Source: an uncultured Bacteroidales bacterium
GTDB lineage: Bacteria; Bacteroidota; Bacteroidia; Bacteroidales; UBA7960
NCBI GenBank assembly: GCA_964589855.1
Contig: CAZPVB010000002.1
Span: 12,274 to 76,273 of the forward strand
Reading direction: 5' to 3'
Length of the DNA: 64,000 nt
Each line of letters starts with the position of its first letter. Positions within the stretch are counted from its first letter, which is position 1. Shown in pieces: positions 48,274-58,771 of the stretch. The notes under the pieces were generated by a model. That model did no database searches. It was not told the DNA's origin and saw nothing but the letters and a program-made list of their open reading frames with translations. A program made the translations under genes and the position numbers.

Positions 48274-50922
48274 ATGAAAAGGAAAATCATCATCTGCCTG
48301 TTGATTGGAATGTTATTTCCTATGATGAATTTTGCACAGGATACCAGTTTTGAAGAATATAAAAAACAACAGGAACAAGCCTTCAAAAATTTTGTGAACG
48401 AGCGCGACAGCGTAATGCAGGCCATGAAAAAAGATTTTGAAGATTATGTTGAACAACGCAATCGTGAATATGCCCGGTACCTGAAACAAGAATGGGAAAG
48501 AAGGCAGACAAAAGATGGCGCCCGGCCCGAAACAGACACAAAACCTGAGGTAATCCCGGATTACAATCAAACAGAACCTGAAGAAAGAGGAAATATTGCC
48601 ATTGGACGCATTACGCCTTCTGCAGCATCTATACCGGCAAAAGAAAAATTCAGTGCTCCCATCACCATCCTGCCCAAAGAATCTGCCAAACAAAATATAC
48701 CACAAATGAATGTCTACTTCTATGGTCGCAACTTCAGAGTTGATACAGACAGATCGCTACCTGGTGTGAGAAGCAAAGGCATTACAGAGGAGGAAATTTC
48801 TCAGTGGTTTACAAGTGTAGCAGAAAAAAACTACACCCCCACACTTATCAGCCTTCTTGAAATCGCTGAAGAAACCGGCATGAACGATTGGGCATTATAC
48901 GTACTTACACACAATTTGTCTGCTCAGTTGGCCAAAGACAGGAAACAGGAAACAAAACTGTACACATGGTTTTTGCTTTTACAAGCGGGATATGATATAC
49001 GTTTAGCAAGGCAGGACGACCAACTGGTTTTGCTCATGCCATTCAGCAACATCGTTTATAACACACCCCGTATCGATCTTAACCAAAAAACATATTACAT
49101 GATCGGGGGAAACGGCAACGAACAGGTATACACCTACTCCGAAAGCATGAAGGGTGCTTTTAAAGATTTCGACATGAATTTTTACAAAACCCCTGATTTT
49201 GCCTTGCAAGGTAAAGAAAAAACAATCGGTTTTGCTTTTGGTGAGGATGATTATGAGTTGACCTTGGAATACGACCCCATACTGATAGAGGTACTCGCCG
49301 ACCAACCCCAGGCACACATGAATATTTATCTTGACGCTGATGCCTCCAATACTTTTGTGCAGTCATGTGAAAATGTACTTACACCTCTTATCGAAAACAT
49401 GAACGATACCCAGAAAGTAAACTTCCTGCTGCGGATGGTGCAAACATCGTTTGAATACCAAACCGATATTGAGCATTTTGGCGGGCAAAGGTATATGTTG
49501 CCCGATGAAGTGATACATTACGCATATTCTGATTGCGATGACAGGGCGGTATTATTTGCCTGGCTGGTAAGAAATTTTGCCAACAAACAAGTGGCTGCAC
49601 TTTTATATCCAGAACATCTGGCTACCGCTGTACATTTTGAAAACGGAAATCCCCCGGGAGATTATGTGATGATAGACGGTAAAGAATTTGTTGTGGCAGA
49701 CCCCACATTCATCAATGCACCCATTGGCATCACCATGCCTGATTATGCCCATTTTACGCCCTCCTCATGGATCGTTGATGCCGACAAATACTTCTACGAA
49801 TTATCTGATAAAGTATGGAATAAAGTATTTGAATACGGCGGATACCGAGGGAACAACTATAAAGACATGGCATCTGATGCTTCAGGAAATATTTACATTA
49901 CCGGTTATTTTACCAATGAATTTGGAGATGGCAATACACGTCTTACCTCCAATAGCGAAAACAGACAAGGATTTGTTGCAGCCCTTAACAATGACATGGA
50001 GATCCTCTGGGCACATCATCTTAGGTCAACAGACAATGCCATGGGATTCTCTCTCGTCATAGATGCAAGAAATCAGCTGGTGGTAGCAGGTACTTTTGCA
50101 GAAGACCTAACCATACAGGGAAGAAATATTAAAAATGAAAACAACAAAAAGGATGTTTTTGTAGCTGCTTTTCGTCCACAGGGAAGACTGATATGGGCAG
50201 AAAAGGCCAACTTTGACGCATCAAATACTGACAATGCAGTTGCCTACGCATTACATATGAATCTTGATGGAAAAACCACCAGCTTGCAGTTCTACAACGA
50301 CCCCCGGCAAAGATTAAGCGGCCTTTACAATGACGGAGACCACGGAGTAGTGCTCACAGGAACATTTGGAAATACCAGCGGACTTTCGGTGGAAAGTGCT
50401 CCACAGACTGCCAGTGGAGGGTCATTGAATTATGCCGATATGCTGATCAAAAAAAACCGGGAAATGATCAATCAAAATGTGGAATCTTCTATTGCAGGCC
50501 TGTATGCCGCTATCAACCTTACCAAAGCAGATGGAACCGTGATTCCCGGAACCGCAGCTCAGGAAGCCATTAAAAAAAGTAACCCGTCGTTTTCGCGAAA
50601 CTTCCCTGAAACTTTTAAAAACATCGGTAAGATTTATTTCCTGAAAAATAAATCAGGCGTAATTGAGATCAGAACAGAAAACGGAGATGATGTATATTTC
50701 GACAAACTCCGAATCAAAGATAAATCAACCATACGCATTAATACCCTGGCAAACAATGATGAGCAAATAGACATTATATCCAGAATAGAAGTAGGCAAAA
50801 TGGTTGTTTGGTATCCGTTGAATTACATCAGGTTATACAGGAGAACAGGTGATCTGTTGTTCGACTACAGAAGCAACAACACCAAAGTAACACTAAACAT
50901 GAAAAAAGATATTCTCAGGTAA
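48274..50922 (+). CDS. Secreted hypothetical protein with a charged coiled-coil N-terminal region, a transglutaminase/papain-like core and a C-terminal beta-propeller-like region
   Basis: Signal peptide. Cys421 (nt 49534-49536) lies in YSDCDDRAVLFAWLVRNF and is followed by EHLATAVHF and FVVADPT, giving Cys-His-Asp spacing typical of transglutaminase-like folds. Reiterated G(N/D)IY(I/V)TG-type segments follow. Confidence 0.5.
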   Translation: MKRKIIICLLIGMLFPMMNFAQDTSFEEYKKQQEQAFKNFVNERDSVMQAMKKDFEDYVEQRNREYARYLKQEWERRQTKDGARPETDTKPEVIPDYNQTEPEERGNIAIGRITPSAASIPAKEKFSAPITILPKESAKQNIPQMNVYFYGRNFRVDTDRSLPGVRSKGITEEEISQWFTSVAEKNYTPTLISLLEIAEETGMNDWALYVLTHNLSAQLAKDRKQETKLYTWFLLLQAGYDIRLARQDDQLVLLMPFSNIVYNTPRIDLNQKTYYMIGGNGNEQVYTYSESMKGAFKDFDMNFYKTPDFALQGKEKTIGFAFGEDDYELTLEYDPILIEVLADQPQAHMNIYLDADASNTFVQSCENVLTPLIENMNDTQKVNFLLRMVQTSFEYQTDIEHFGGQRYMLPDEVIHYAYSDCDDRAVLFAWLVRNFANKQVAALLYPEHLATAVHFENGNPPGDYVMIDGKEFVVADPTFINAPIGITMPDYAHFTPSSWIVDADKYFYELSDKVWNKVFEYGGYRGNNYKDMASDASGNIYITGYFTNEFGDGNTRLTSNSENRQGFVAALNNDMEILWAHHLRSTDNAMGFSLVIDARNQLVVAGTFAEDLTIQGRNIKNENNKKDVFVAAFRPQGRLIWAEKANFDASNTDNAVAYALHMNLDGKTTSLQFYNDPRQRLSGLYNDGDHGVVLTGTFGNTSGLSVESAPQTASGGSLNYADMLIKKNREMINQNVESSIAGLYAAINLTKADGTVIPGTAAQEAIKKSNPSFSRNFPETFKNIGKIYFLKNKSGVIEIRTENGDDVYFDKLRIKDKSTIRINTLANNDEQIDIISRIEVGKMVVWYPLNYIRLYRRTGDLLFDYRSNNTKVTLNMKKDILR

Positions 50923-50995
50923 TAAAAATATACATTGTTAGACTACCGTTCTTTATTAATGGAAAAAATAAACCAAAAACCAACAGTTTACTAAA

Positions 50996-52717
50996 ATGCA
51001 TTTAAATATTGCAACCACGCGTCATATTACAGTTTTTCTTTTTCTCTTTTTCTTTCTGAATAATTTTGCCGAAGCCCAACCCCCCTCAGTAAGGCTGCAG
51101 GATGGTGACCTAATGGGTCAGGGACCCTACAGTGAAGGGATGAAAAATGGTTTCTGGGAATATTACGACCAGGATATGACTTTGCGTCAACAGGGGAACT
51201 ACGATATGGGAGAAAGAACCGGAACCTGGACATTTTTTAGCGGCGACAGTATTAAAACTCATGAAGTTAACCTCGATGAAGGCATTTATACCGGCTTTCA
51301 TGATGATGGCAGCGTAAGTGCCACCGGAGGCTGGGATAAAAATGGAAAAACTGGTCAATGGATTTACCTCCACCCAAATGGCGAAAAAAGAGCAGAAGGT
51401 GTTTATGAAAACAACAATAGATCGGGGATTTGGAAATTCTTTGATAACAAAGGGATAATTACCCAAAACCAGGATTATGACACCGGAGAATTCAATGCCT
51501 TCTACCCTGACGGCAACATGAAGGAAGAGGGTTATAGAGAAAATAATGCAAAAAATGGAGAATACAAGTATTATTACAACTCCGGACAATTATGGTCTTG
51601 CGGATGGTACGAATTTGATGAAAAAGTTGGTCTTTGGCAATTTTGGTACGAAGATGGACAAAAATGGGCAGAAATACAACACAATAAAGGGATAAGCAAA
51701 ACATGGTACCCTGGCGGAAAACTGGAAATGCAAGGACCCGTAAGAATGGGAATGAAACAAGGCGAATGGGAATATTATTACCAGAACGGACAAGCAAAAG
51801 AAATTTCAAATTACCATCTTGACAAAAAACATGGAAGCAGCCATGAATTCTTTGAAAACGGCAATGAAAAATTTAAAGGCTCATACAAAAACAATAAACT
51901 GCATGGATACGCAACCTGGTGGATTGAAAACGGAAACAAAGAAATGGAAGGAAAAACTATTGAAGACCTGCAGGATAGTACATGGGTGTATTATTTCCCC
52001 AACGGCATAGTTTCCAGCAAAGGAGACTTCGAAAAAGGTATTCAGCATGGAGATTGGACCTACTTTTACACTACAGGCGAAAAATTAAGATATGGACAAA
52101 TAGAACAAGGAAAGAGAAACGGACTGTGGACTACGCTCTATGAAAGCGGAAGAAAAAGTCATGAAGGACCTTTTAAAAATGATCTGGAACATGGACTGTG
52201 GTCCAGCTGGTTCGAAAACGGACAGATGAAAGACAAGGGATGGTTTTATGAAGCGCAAATGGATAGCTTGTGGGAAGGATGGCACCAGAACGGCCAAAAA
52301 AGATATGAAGTGCACTATAAGAATGGATTACGGGAAGGAAAATCTGTAAACTGGTTGGAAAACGGAAACTTACAAAGGGTTGCACACTACAGCGATGGGA
52401 TGCTAAACGGCAGTTTCTCAAACTACTACACCAATGGAAACATCATGGAAGAAGGCACCTATGCCAACGATATGAAAACCGGTAGGTGGTATTTCTATGA
52501 CGAAAGAGGTCAAAAACTCAGACAGATGGAGTTTAAAAACAACAGAATGCACGGTGAGTTCACATCTTTTTACCAAAATGGAGAGATAAGAGAAAATGGT
52601 AATTACCAGGAAGGTGTTAAGCAAGGAAGATGGAATATCTACAATCAGCAAGGGAAACGCATCAGGAGAGTTGACTTTGAAAACGGAAATATTACCAATA
52701 TGAAAACATACGATTAA
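50996..52717 (+). CDS. MORN-repeat-variant (YwqK-like) repeat protein, secreted
   Basis: More than 15 tandem repeats of about 23 aa with the form G.W..YY.NGQ....G.Y..G...G.W. N-terminal signal-like segment. Confidence 0.75.
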   Translation: MHLNIATTRHITVFLFLFFFLNNFAEAQPPSVRLQDGDLMGQGPYSEGMKNGFWEYYDQDMTLRQQGNYDMGERTGTWTFFSGDSIKTHEVNLDEGIYTGFHDDGSVSATGGWDKNGKTGQWIYLHPNGEKRAEGVYENNNRSGIWKFFDNKGIITQNQDYDTGEFNAFYPDGNMKEEGYRENNAKNGEYKYYYNSGQLWSCGWYEFDEKVGLWQFWYEDGQKWAEIQHNKGISKTWYPGGKLEMQGPVRMGMKQGEWEYYYQNGQAKEISNYHLDKKHGSSHEFFENGNEKFKGSYKNNKLHGYATWWIENGNKEMEGKTIEDLQDSTWVYYFPNGIVSSKGDFEKGIQHGDWTYFYTTGEKLRYGQIEQGKRNGLWTTLYESGRKSHEGPFKNDLEHGLWSSWFENGQMKDKGWFYEAQMDSLWEGWHQNGQKRYEVHYKNGLREGKSVNWLENGNLQRVAHYSDGMLNGSFSNYYTNGNIMEEGTYANDMKTGRWYFYDERGQKLRQMEFKNNRMHGEFTSFYQNGEIRENGNYQEGVKQGRWNIYNQQGKRIRRVDFENGNITNMKTYD

Positions 52718-52839
52718 TGTTTTTAACCTGGAAACCAAAAAGAATTTTCAGAGTAGTTTGTTGACTAAAATTGTTTATTTTTGTTTTGAAAAATTTTTCA
52801 GAACCTTACTTTTCCCATAATTCAACAAACTTATTAGTG

Positions 52840-54075
52840 ATGAAAATCTTAAAAATAACAGTTTTTTGTTTCGTTGTATTTACCATGATCTATCCATTGC
52901 ACGCCCACGTAAAAACAGGCATTGAAGTGCTGCGCGAAAAAAAATTCGAACCCCTCTCAGGGAAACGTGTCGGACTGATCACCAATCCTACGGGTGTAGA
53001 CCGCAACCTGAAATCTACGATTGATATTTTGGCAGAGGCAGACAATTTCGAACTGATCGCTTTATATGGACCAGAGCATGGCGTGCGGGGCAACTACAAC
53101 GCAGGTGACCTGGTTGGTAATGACTATGATACCAAAACCGGTATTCCCATGTTCAGCCTTTACGGGAGCGCCCGGAAACCAACCCCCGAAATGCTTGAAG
53201 ATATTGACGTGTTAATCTATGACATCCAGGATATTGGATCCAGATCGTACACATACATCAGCACAATGGGATTAGCCATGGAAGCCGCTGCGGAAAATGA
53301 TATTGAGTTTATGGTACTGGACAGACCTAATCCACTGGGTGGCTATAAATTTGAAGGACCTCTGGTTGAAGAAGGATTTCTGTCTTTTGTCAGCCAATTC
53401 CCAATCCCTTATGTTCATGGTTTTACAGTGGGCGAACTGGCAACCTTTCTCAACAATGAAGGACTGCTCGCAGATAGGGTTAAAGCAAACCTGACCGTAA
53501 TCAACATGAAAGGATGGGAACGACGAATGGCATTTGAAGACACTGGATTGCCCTGGGTAATGTCTTCACCCCACATCCCGCAATACCAGTCTGCTTATTT
53601 TTATCCCGTCTCCGGTATTCTCGGAGAACTCTATACCATCAACATCGGAGTAGGATATACTCTCCCCTTTCAGGTATTTGGCGCACCCTGGATTGAAGAT
53701 CCCGAAACACTTGCAGAAAATCTTAATCAACTAAAACTTCCCGGAGTACAGTTCCGCCCAATCCATTACCGTCCTTATTACACGGAACTGAAAGGGCAAG
53801 ACCTTGGAGGAGTGCAGGTACACATTCCTTATATGGTCAAATCCGATCTTTCTATTATTCAGTTTTATGTGATGCAGGAAATATATAAGTTATACCCTGA
53901 ATATAACGTTTTTGAAATGGCTCCCGAACGACTGGATATGTTTGACAAAGTGTGTGGGACAGATAAGATCAGAAAAACTTTTGAACAAAGATTCCTGGTT
54001 GAAGATATTCTGGACATGTGGACCGAAGAATCAGAAAGGTTTGCTAAAAAAGCAAGTGAATATTTTGTTTATTAG
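52840..54075 (+). CDS. DUF1343-family protein (NamZ-like exo-beta-N-acetylmuramidase)
   Basis: Motifs VGLITNPTGVD, LYGPEHG, DVLIYDIQDIGSRSYTY and LDRPNPLGG. The ATG at 52840 gives a signal peptide (MKILKITVFCFVVF). Confidence 0.75.
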   Translation: MKILKITVFCFVVFTMIYPLHAHVKTGIEVLREKKFEPLSGKRVGLITNPTGVDRNLKSTIDILAEADNFELIALYGPEHGVRGNYNAGDLVGNDYDTKTGIPMFSLYGSARKPTPEMLEDIDVLIYDIQDIGSRSYTYISTMGLAMEAAAENDIEFMVLDRPNPLGGYKFEGPLVEEGFLSFVSQFPIPYVHGFTVGELATFLNNEGLLADRVKANLTVINMKGWERRMAFEDTGLPWVMSSPHIPQYQSAYFYPVSGILGELYTINIGVGYTLPFQVFGAPWIEDPETLAENLNQLKLPGVQFRPIHYRPYYTELKGQDLGGVQVHIPYMVKSDLSIIQFYVMQEIYKLYPEYNVFEMAPERLDMFDKVCGTDKIRKTFEQRFLVEDILDMWTEESERFAKKASEYFVY

Positions 54076-54287
54076 AAACTGATAACAGAATTTTTTGCTA
54101 TATTACAAGTCGTTTCTAAAACCCTTTGAGTAGTCGAAGACCCTCGAAGTGGTTGCCAATTATTAGTTAGTTAGCAATAGTAGAATCTAATATTTTAGCT
54201 TTTAAACTGTACTCATAATATAAATCCGCAAAGTGCCTTTTGTGTATTATAAGTTTATTATTATTTTCCCTCAAAAAAATAAAACAT

Positions 54288-55616
54288 ATGCAAATCAACA
54301 GAAGATCTTTTATTCAGAAAGCAGCAATGGGAGCTGCAGGTGCCGGGATGTTCACCATCCTTCCCGGTAAGGTTTGGAGTGCTTCCACAGCACCCTCCGA
54401 TACAATCAATGTAGCACTTATTGGTTGCCGAAACCACGGTTTCAAAATACTGAAAGACCATTTGAGATACGATGATGCCAATTGTGTGGCACTTTGCGAT
54501 GTAGATGAAAACATCCTTCAGGAAAGAGCAACCACGATTATACAGGATTACAACCAACATCCAGAGTTGTACAAAGACTTCCGGAAAATGCTGGAACAAA
54601 AAGACATTGATGCGGTAATCATTGGAACCCCCGACCATTGGCATTGTCTTAATTTTGTTTATGCAGCCCAGGAAGGCAAAGATATTTATGTGGAAAAACC
54701 GCTGGCAAATACCATTGCCGAGTGCGATATCATGGTTAGAGCCGCCAACAGATACAACATTGTTGTGCAGGTTGGTCAGCAGCAGCGCAGCAATGTTGCT
54801 TTTGGGGAACCTGTTGAAATGATTAAAAATGGGCACATCGGTAATCTGAGAAAGGTAAATATTTGGGCCAATTTTAATTACGGTTTGGGCACCTCTTTTG
54901 CCGAAGATGCCCCCGCACCCCGGGGTGTTGATTACGATATGTGGCTCGGCCCTGCTCCGGAGAGACCTTTTAACAGAGCCCGCTTCCATGGATCATGGAG
55001 GCATTTCTGGGACTATGGCGGAGGATTATTCTCCGATTGGGGTGTGCATTTGATCGATATGGGATTATGGACTAAAGACATGATCAAGGCTCCTGATACA
55101 ACCATGGTTTATGCCACCAATAACTCCGCACAGAAACGTATGAAAGAAACCTTTGATAACATGAATGTAGTATACCCCAAAAAAGACTTTGTCATCAATT
55201 TCGATATGACCGCGGGGGTTCAAAATGGTCCCTGGGATCAACTCTTTGGGGTAAGCTTTGTGGGCGACAAAGCAACCATTGTTACCAACCGCAACGGATA
55301 TAAAGTATTGCCCGAATACGACAGCGAAAAAAGCGCTTTTAAAACACACAGTCAAACCCTTACGGAGGCCCGGGAATCACACCCTGTCCATGTACGAAAT
55401 TTCCTTGATTGTATCAAAACAAGGAAAACACCTGATTGTACTCCTGAAATAGGCAGAGCTGCTGCTCTACATGCCCACATTGGCAACATTGCGGCACGAA
55501 CCGGCGAAAACATCCTGATGTGGGATGACCAGAAAAGTCGCTTTACCAATAGTGATAAAGCCAATGAATACATCACACCTGAATACAGAAAACCCTGGGT
55601 GCTGCCAAAAATTTAA
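54288..55616 (+). CDS. TAT-exported Gfo/Idh/MocA-family oxidoreductase
   Basis: Twin-arginine signal MQINRRSFIQKAAMGAAGAG. Rossmann segment INVALIGCRNHGF. EKP motif (YVEKPLA). Confidence 0.85.
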   Translation: MQINRRSFIQKAAMGAAGAGMFTILPGKVWSASTAPSDTINVALIGCRNHGFKILKDHLRYDDANCVALCDVDENILQERATTIIQDYNQHPELYKDFRKMLEQKDIDAVIIGTPDHWHCLNFVYAAQEGKDIYVEKPLANTIAECDIMVRAANRYNIVVQVGQQQRSNVAFGEPVEMIKNGHIGNLRKVNIWANFNYGLGTSFAEDAPAPRGVDYDMWLGPAPERPFNRARFHGSWRHFWDYGGGLFSDWGVHLIDMGLWTKDMIKAPDTTMVYATNNSAQKRMKETFDNMNVVYPKKDFVINFDMTAGVQNGPWDQLFGVSFVGDKATIVTNRNGYKVLPEYDSEKSAFKTHSQTLTEARESHPVHVRNFLDCIKTRKTPDCTPEIGRAAALHAHIGNIAARTGENILMWDDQKSRFTNSDKANEYITPEYRKPWVLPKI

Positions 55617-55640
55617 TCCTTCATAAAAAATTCCTGAAAG

Positions 55641-56495
55641 ATGCAAACACGAAGAAAGTTTATAAAATCCATGATCGCAGGTTCTGCCGGTTTATATGCT
55701 GCCGGAGCATTGCAATCCTGCAACATGTTTACGCAAAACAAACTAAATAATATTGGATACATTACAGGCATTCTGGGAAAAAATCTCGGAGAAAAAGACT
55801 GGAAAAGTATACTCTCGCAAACAGCCGCTTTTGGATATACCGAAATTGAAACCGGTAACTTCCTGGGAGAATCAGCAAAAAGTTTCCTCAATTTCTGCAA
55901 TGATACCGGACTAAAGCCCATTGCCGGTGGTATAGGCATGACCGATGATACCGATGAACTGAATCGTGGACTCGACAAACTCAATGAACTTGAATTGCAG
56001 TATGCCATAAACTATTGGCCATGGTTCGTGGGTTCCCCTTTTTCTCTCGACGACTGCAAAAAAAGCGTGGAAACACTCAACAAAAATGGTGAAATCTGCA
56101 AATCACGCGGATTAACACTCTGCTGGCACAATCACGACCATGAGTTTGTTCCTATGGAAACAGGATTGCCTTTCGATTATATGATGGACAATACCGATTC
56201 TGAGCTGGTAAAATGTGAACTGGACATCTACTGGACACAAAAAGGGGGAGCAGATCCGGTACAAACGCTCAAAAAGTACCCTGGCAGATATCCCATACTG
56301 CACGTTAAAGATATGGCTCCGGGTGAAGAACAGGATTTTGAATGCCCCGGAAAGGGTATTATCGAGTGGGAGTCTGTTTTTGCCGAATCTACAAAACAAA
56401 ACATACAACACTATTTTGTTGAAAAAGATGGCGCAGTTGATGGTTTGGGATGCCTGGAAAGCGCTGCAGAATTCCTGAAAAACATTCGTTTTTAA
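55641..56495 (+). CDS. TAT-exported xylose-isomerase-like TIM-barrel protein (sugar phosphate isomerase/epimerase family)
   Basis: Twin-arginine signal MQTRRKFIKSMIAGSAG. Motifs HNHDHEF and YFVEKD are typical of the AP-endonuclease-2/xylose-isomerase-like fold. Confidence 0.7.
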   Translation: MQTRRKFIKSMIAGSAGLYAAGALQSCNMFTQNKLNNIGYITGILGKNLGEKDWKSILSQTAAFGYTEIETGNFLGESAKSFLNFCNDTGLKPIAGGIGMTDDTDELNRGLDKLNELELQYAINYWPWFVGSPFSLDDCKKSVETLNKNGEICKSRGLTLCWHNHDHEFVPMETGLPFDYMMDNTDSELVKCELDIYWTQKGGADPVQTLKKYPGRYPILHVKDMAPGEEQDFECPGKGIIEWESVFAESTKQNIQHYFVEKDGAVDGLGCLESAAEFLKNIRF

Positions 56496-56840
56496 AGTGC
56501 ATGTATCAGGCTTTCATCCATTTCCCCAAATTCAACACAGAAAACTATTTTTTGCTGGTTTTATATAAAAGGGTGAACTGAACCAGGATAATAACATAAT
56601 AACATTGATGCAAACGAAGACTGAGGTTTGTATATAGCCGGTGGTGGATTAAAACAAACCCCAATGATGACCATCAGCATAAAAGGAACGCTGACAACAC
56701 AGATGCTTACAGCAATCGCTGATGATCCGGGTTTTTTATCTGCGAAAATGAGCGTTGCCTGCATCTGCGATGAACATTTTTCGCAAAAAAAGCAACCAGA
56801 TAAAATAATATCTTTCTCCAAACCCTGCAGTACAGAAAAC

Positions 56841-56880
56841 AAAAAACCCGGTAAAAAAATAATACCGGGTTTTTTATTTT
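56841..56880. terminator. Bidirectional rho-independent terminator
   Basis: 13-bp perfect stem aaaaaacccggta (56841-56853) / taccgggtttttt (56863-56875), flanked by A-runs and T-runs on both sides. It lies 20 nt beyond the stop codon of the 56900-58771 gene. Confidence 0.8.
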
Positions 56881-56899
56881 GAATCAGCACAATAAAAAA

Positions 56900-58771
56900 T
56901 TATCCTTTGCTGATAATCTTCTCATAATCTTCTACTGAACCACCATCAAGGCATGTTTCAATGATTCGTTTACCCATATCCGATAAACCAGGTACAATAT
57001 ACTGAGGTAACTCTTTTTTAAAGAAATCATACAGCATTTCTGCCCCTTTATCATATCCTTCAAACCCTACTTCAGGTTGCTTGTAAACCTTCAGGAAACG
57101 TGAAGGGATCTTCGCATTTTCAATGGTAAGATAATTGAGTTCGTATCCCAAAAGCGGACATCTGGCTGCCTGATACTGATCAGCCCTGAATCTGGAATTT
57201 CCTCTGTGGGTAAGGTATTCGCGCATCAGAAGTTGCGGCATAAAACCTACTTTCCAAATGCCTACATGTTGGTTGGGAGCGATTACATAACGTGTGATGG
57301 TATTCTCCACAATCTGATCAAGTAGCAGGTTTGAGTGTGTTACCTTTTCTCCGGTTGCAAATGGCCAGTAAGAGCCTACACCTTCACTCTGCATGCCGCC
57401 CTGATCAACAATGCTGGGGTTGGCATGCCCGCGGGGCGACACCAATCTCCAGACCCATGCAAGAGCAGGGGGAAGAAGATGGAACAGTCCAAAAATTCCA
57501 AAACCTGGATTTTCCGCTGTCGTTGGGGGAGTGCGTACACCAAAGCTACGTACATCAATAGATACAGGTTCATTCACAACATTAGGAAAAGAATCGCGGG
57601 GTACTACCACCCTGGGGTTGGGGCAACGTTTGCCGGGCGCATCTTCAATATGGTTCCAGATCAAAGCAGTGCCGCCAGGATTGGTATCAATATTCAGAAA
57701 CAATAATGGTTTTTTGCTGTTGATCGTTATTTTTTCCAGATTAGGATCAGAACCATATTCAAGAATATTATCTGTTCGCACAAACCATGCATTTTCAGCA
57801 TCCTGTATCCGGAGTCTTTTGCTTCCGGTCTGAAATGTTGGGTGAACCATGCCCATATCATCGCAAATAGGTCGGGTTTCACAAAATCGTGGTACGGTTA
57901 TACTCCTTATTTCATTAGTTTGAAGATTTTTACCAATGAGCACTTCTCCGGTAGGTAGTCTTAATATGTGCTGTAGCATTTCGGTTTTACCTCCACCGCT
58001 GGCACCCTCGTGCATAAAACGGGTAATATTGTCGTAAGGACTGATAGATTCAACACCAGAACAATGTGCTGTAGACCATCCTTCATCTTCACCCATACTA
58101 AGAATGACTCCATAAATCCCTTTTTTAGCACTGGGACCAGGATATAAATTATAAGAAAATATCTCATATACCTCGGTGCAACGATTATGTACAACTACCT
58201 GTTTTCCGTCAAGATGCGTATGACGGAACGGAGGAGCAATATACATCACCGCCTTGATGACTTTTCCTTCAGGAATGGTATCTTTGGGAACTATTTTTTG
58301 TAGCATGGCCAATCCCATGGCAAAAAATCCTGCATTATCCGGAACAATAGCCAAACCATATTCCGGTTTATCCAGGTTTCCTATCTGAAAATAAAATGCT
58401 GCCAGATTTTGTTTTTCCATCCACACAAAAGTTTCTTTGCGGAGTTTGTCAAAAGAATACCCAAACCGGTCTTTAAACCTTGGCTGATCAGAGGGTTTAC
58501 AATCGCCTATGGCCATGGTATTAGGATCGCGACGGCGCATGTAAGGATCAACATAATTAGCAGAAATACCATTGGTTACCCTGTGAACGATGGCTTCTGT
58601 TATTTCACCTTTGCCTTCTACATTGTACTTCACTTCAAAATAGTTACTGTCGGGTCCGTTTACAGCAGCATCTGCCAATTGCTCTACTGTATCAAAAACC
58701 TTAAAAGAAGGGGCATTGGAAATTAAATGATCGGCCTCCGGGGGCAGAACTAACCTTTTTTTCGTGTCCAT
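56900..58771 (-). CDS. Uncharacterised 623-aa protein with an HprK/PEPCK-like P-loop (resembles the DUF4914 family)
   Basis: Walker-A-like HEGASGGGKTEML (nt 57980-58006) matches the G.SG.GK[ST]E form used by HPr kinase and PEP carboxykinase-fold enzymes. No signal peptide. Confidence 0.6.
   Translation of the reverse strand: MDTKKRLVLPPEADHLISNAPSFKVFDTVEQLADAAVNGPDSNYFEVKYNVEGKGEITEAIVHRVTNGISANYVDPYMRRRDPNTMAIGDCKPSDQPRFKDRFGYSFDKLRKETFVWMEKQNLAAFYFQIGNLDKPEYGLAIVPDNAGFFAMGLAMLQKIVPKDTIPEGKVIKAVMYIAPPFRHTHLDGKQVVVHNRCTEVYEIFSYNLYPGPSAKKGIYGVILSMGEDEGWSTAHCSGVESISPYDNITRFMHEGASGGGKTEMLQHILRLPTGEVLIGKNLQTNEIRSITVPRFCETRPICDDMGMVHPTFQTGSKRLRIQDAENAWFVRTDNILEYGSDPNLEKITINSKKPLLFLNIDTNPGGTALIWNHIEDAPGKRCPNPRVVVPRDSFPNVVNEPVSIDVRSFGVRTPPTTAENPGFGIFGLFHLLPPALAWVWRLVSPRGHANPSIVDQGGMQSEGVGSYWPFATGEKVTHSNLLLDQIVENTITRYVIAPNQHVGIWKVGFMPQLLMREYLTHRGNSRFRADQYQAARCPLLGYELNYLTIENAKIPSRFLKVYKQPEVGFEGYDKGAEMLYDFFKKELPQYIVPGLSDMGKRIIETCLDGGSVEDYEKIISKG

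Noticed and set aside
56561-56890. 109-aa minus-strand ORF, and an 84-aa plus-strand ORF at 56628-56882
   Set aside because: Both run through the strong bidirectional terminator hairpin (56841-56875). A shorter version of the minus-strand ORF starting at 56764 (68 aa, one or two hydrophobic segments) cannot be excluded as a small membrane protein, but it has no supporting motif.
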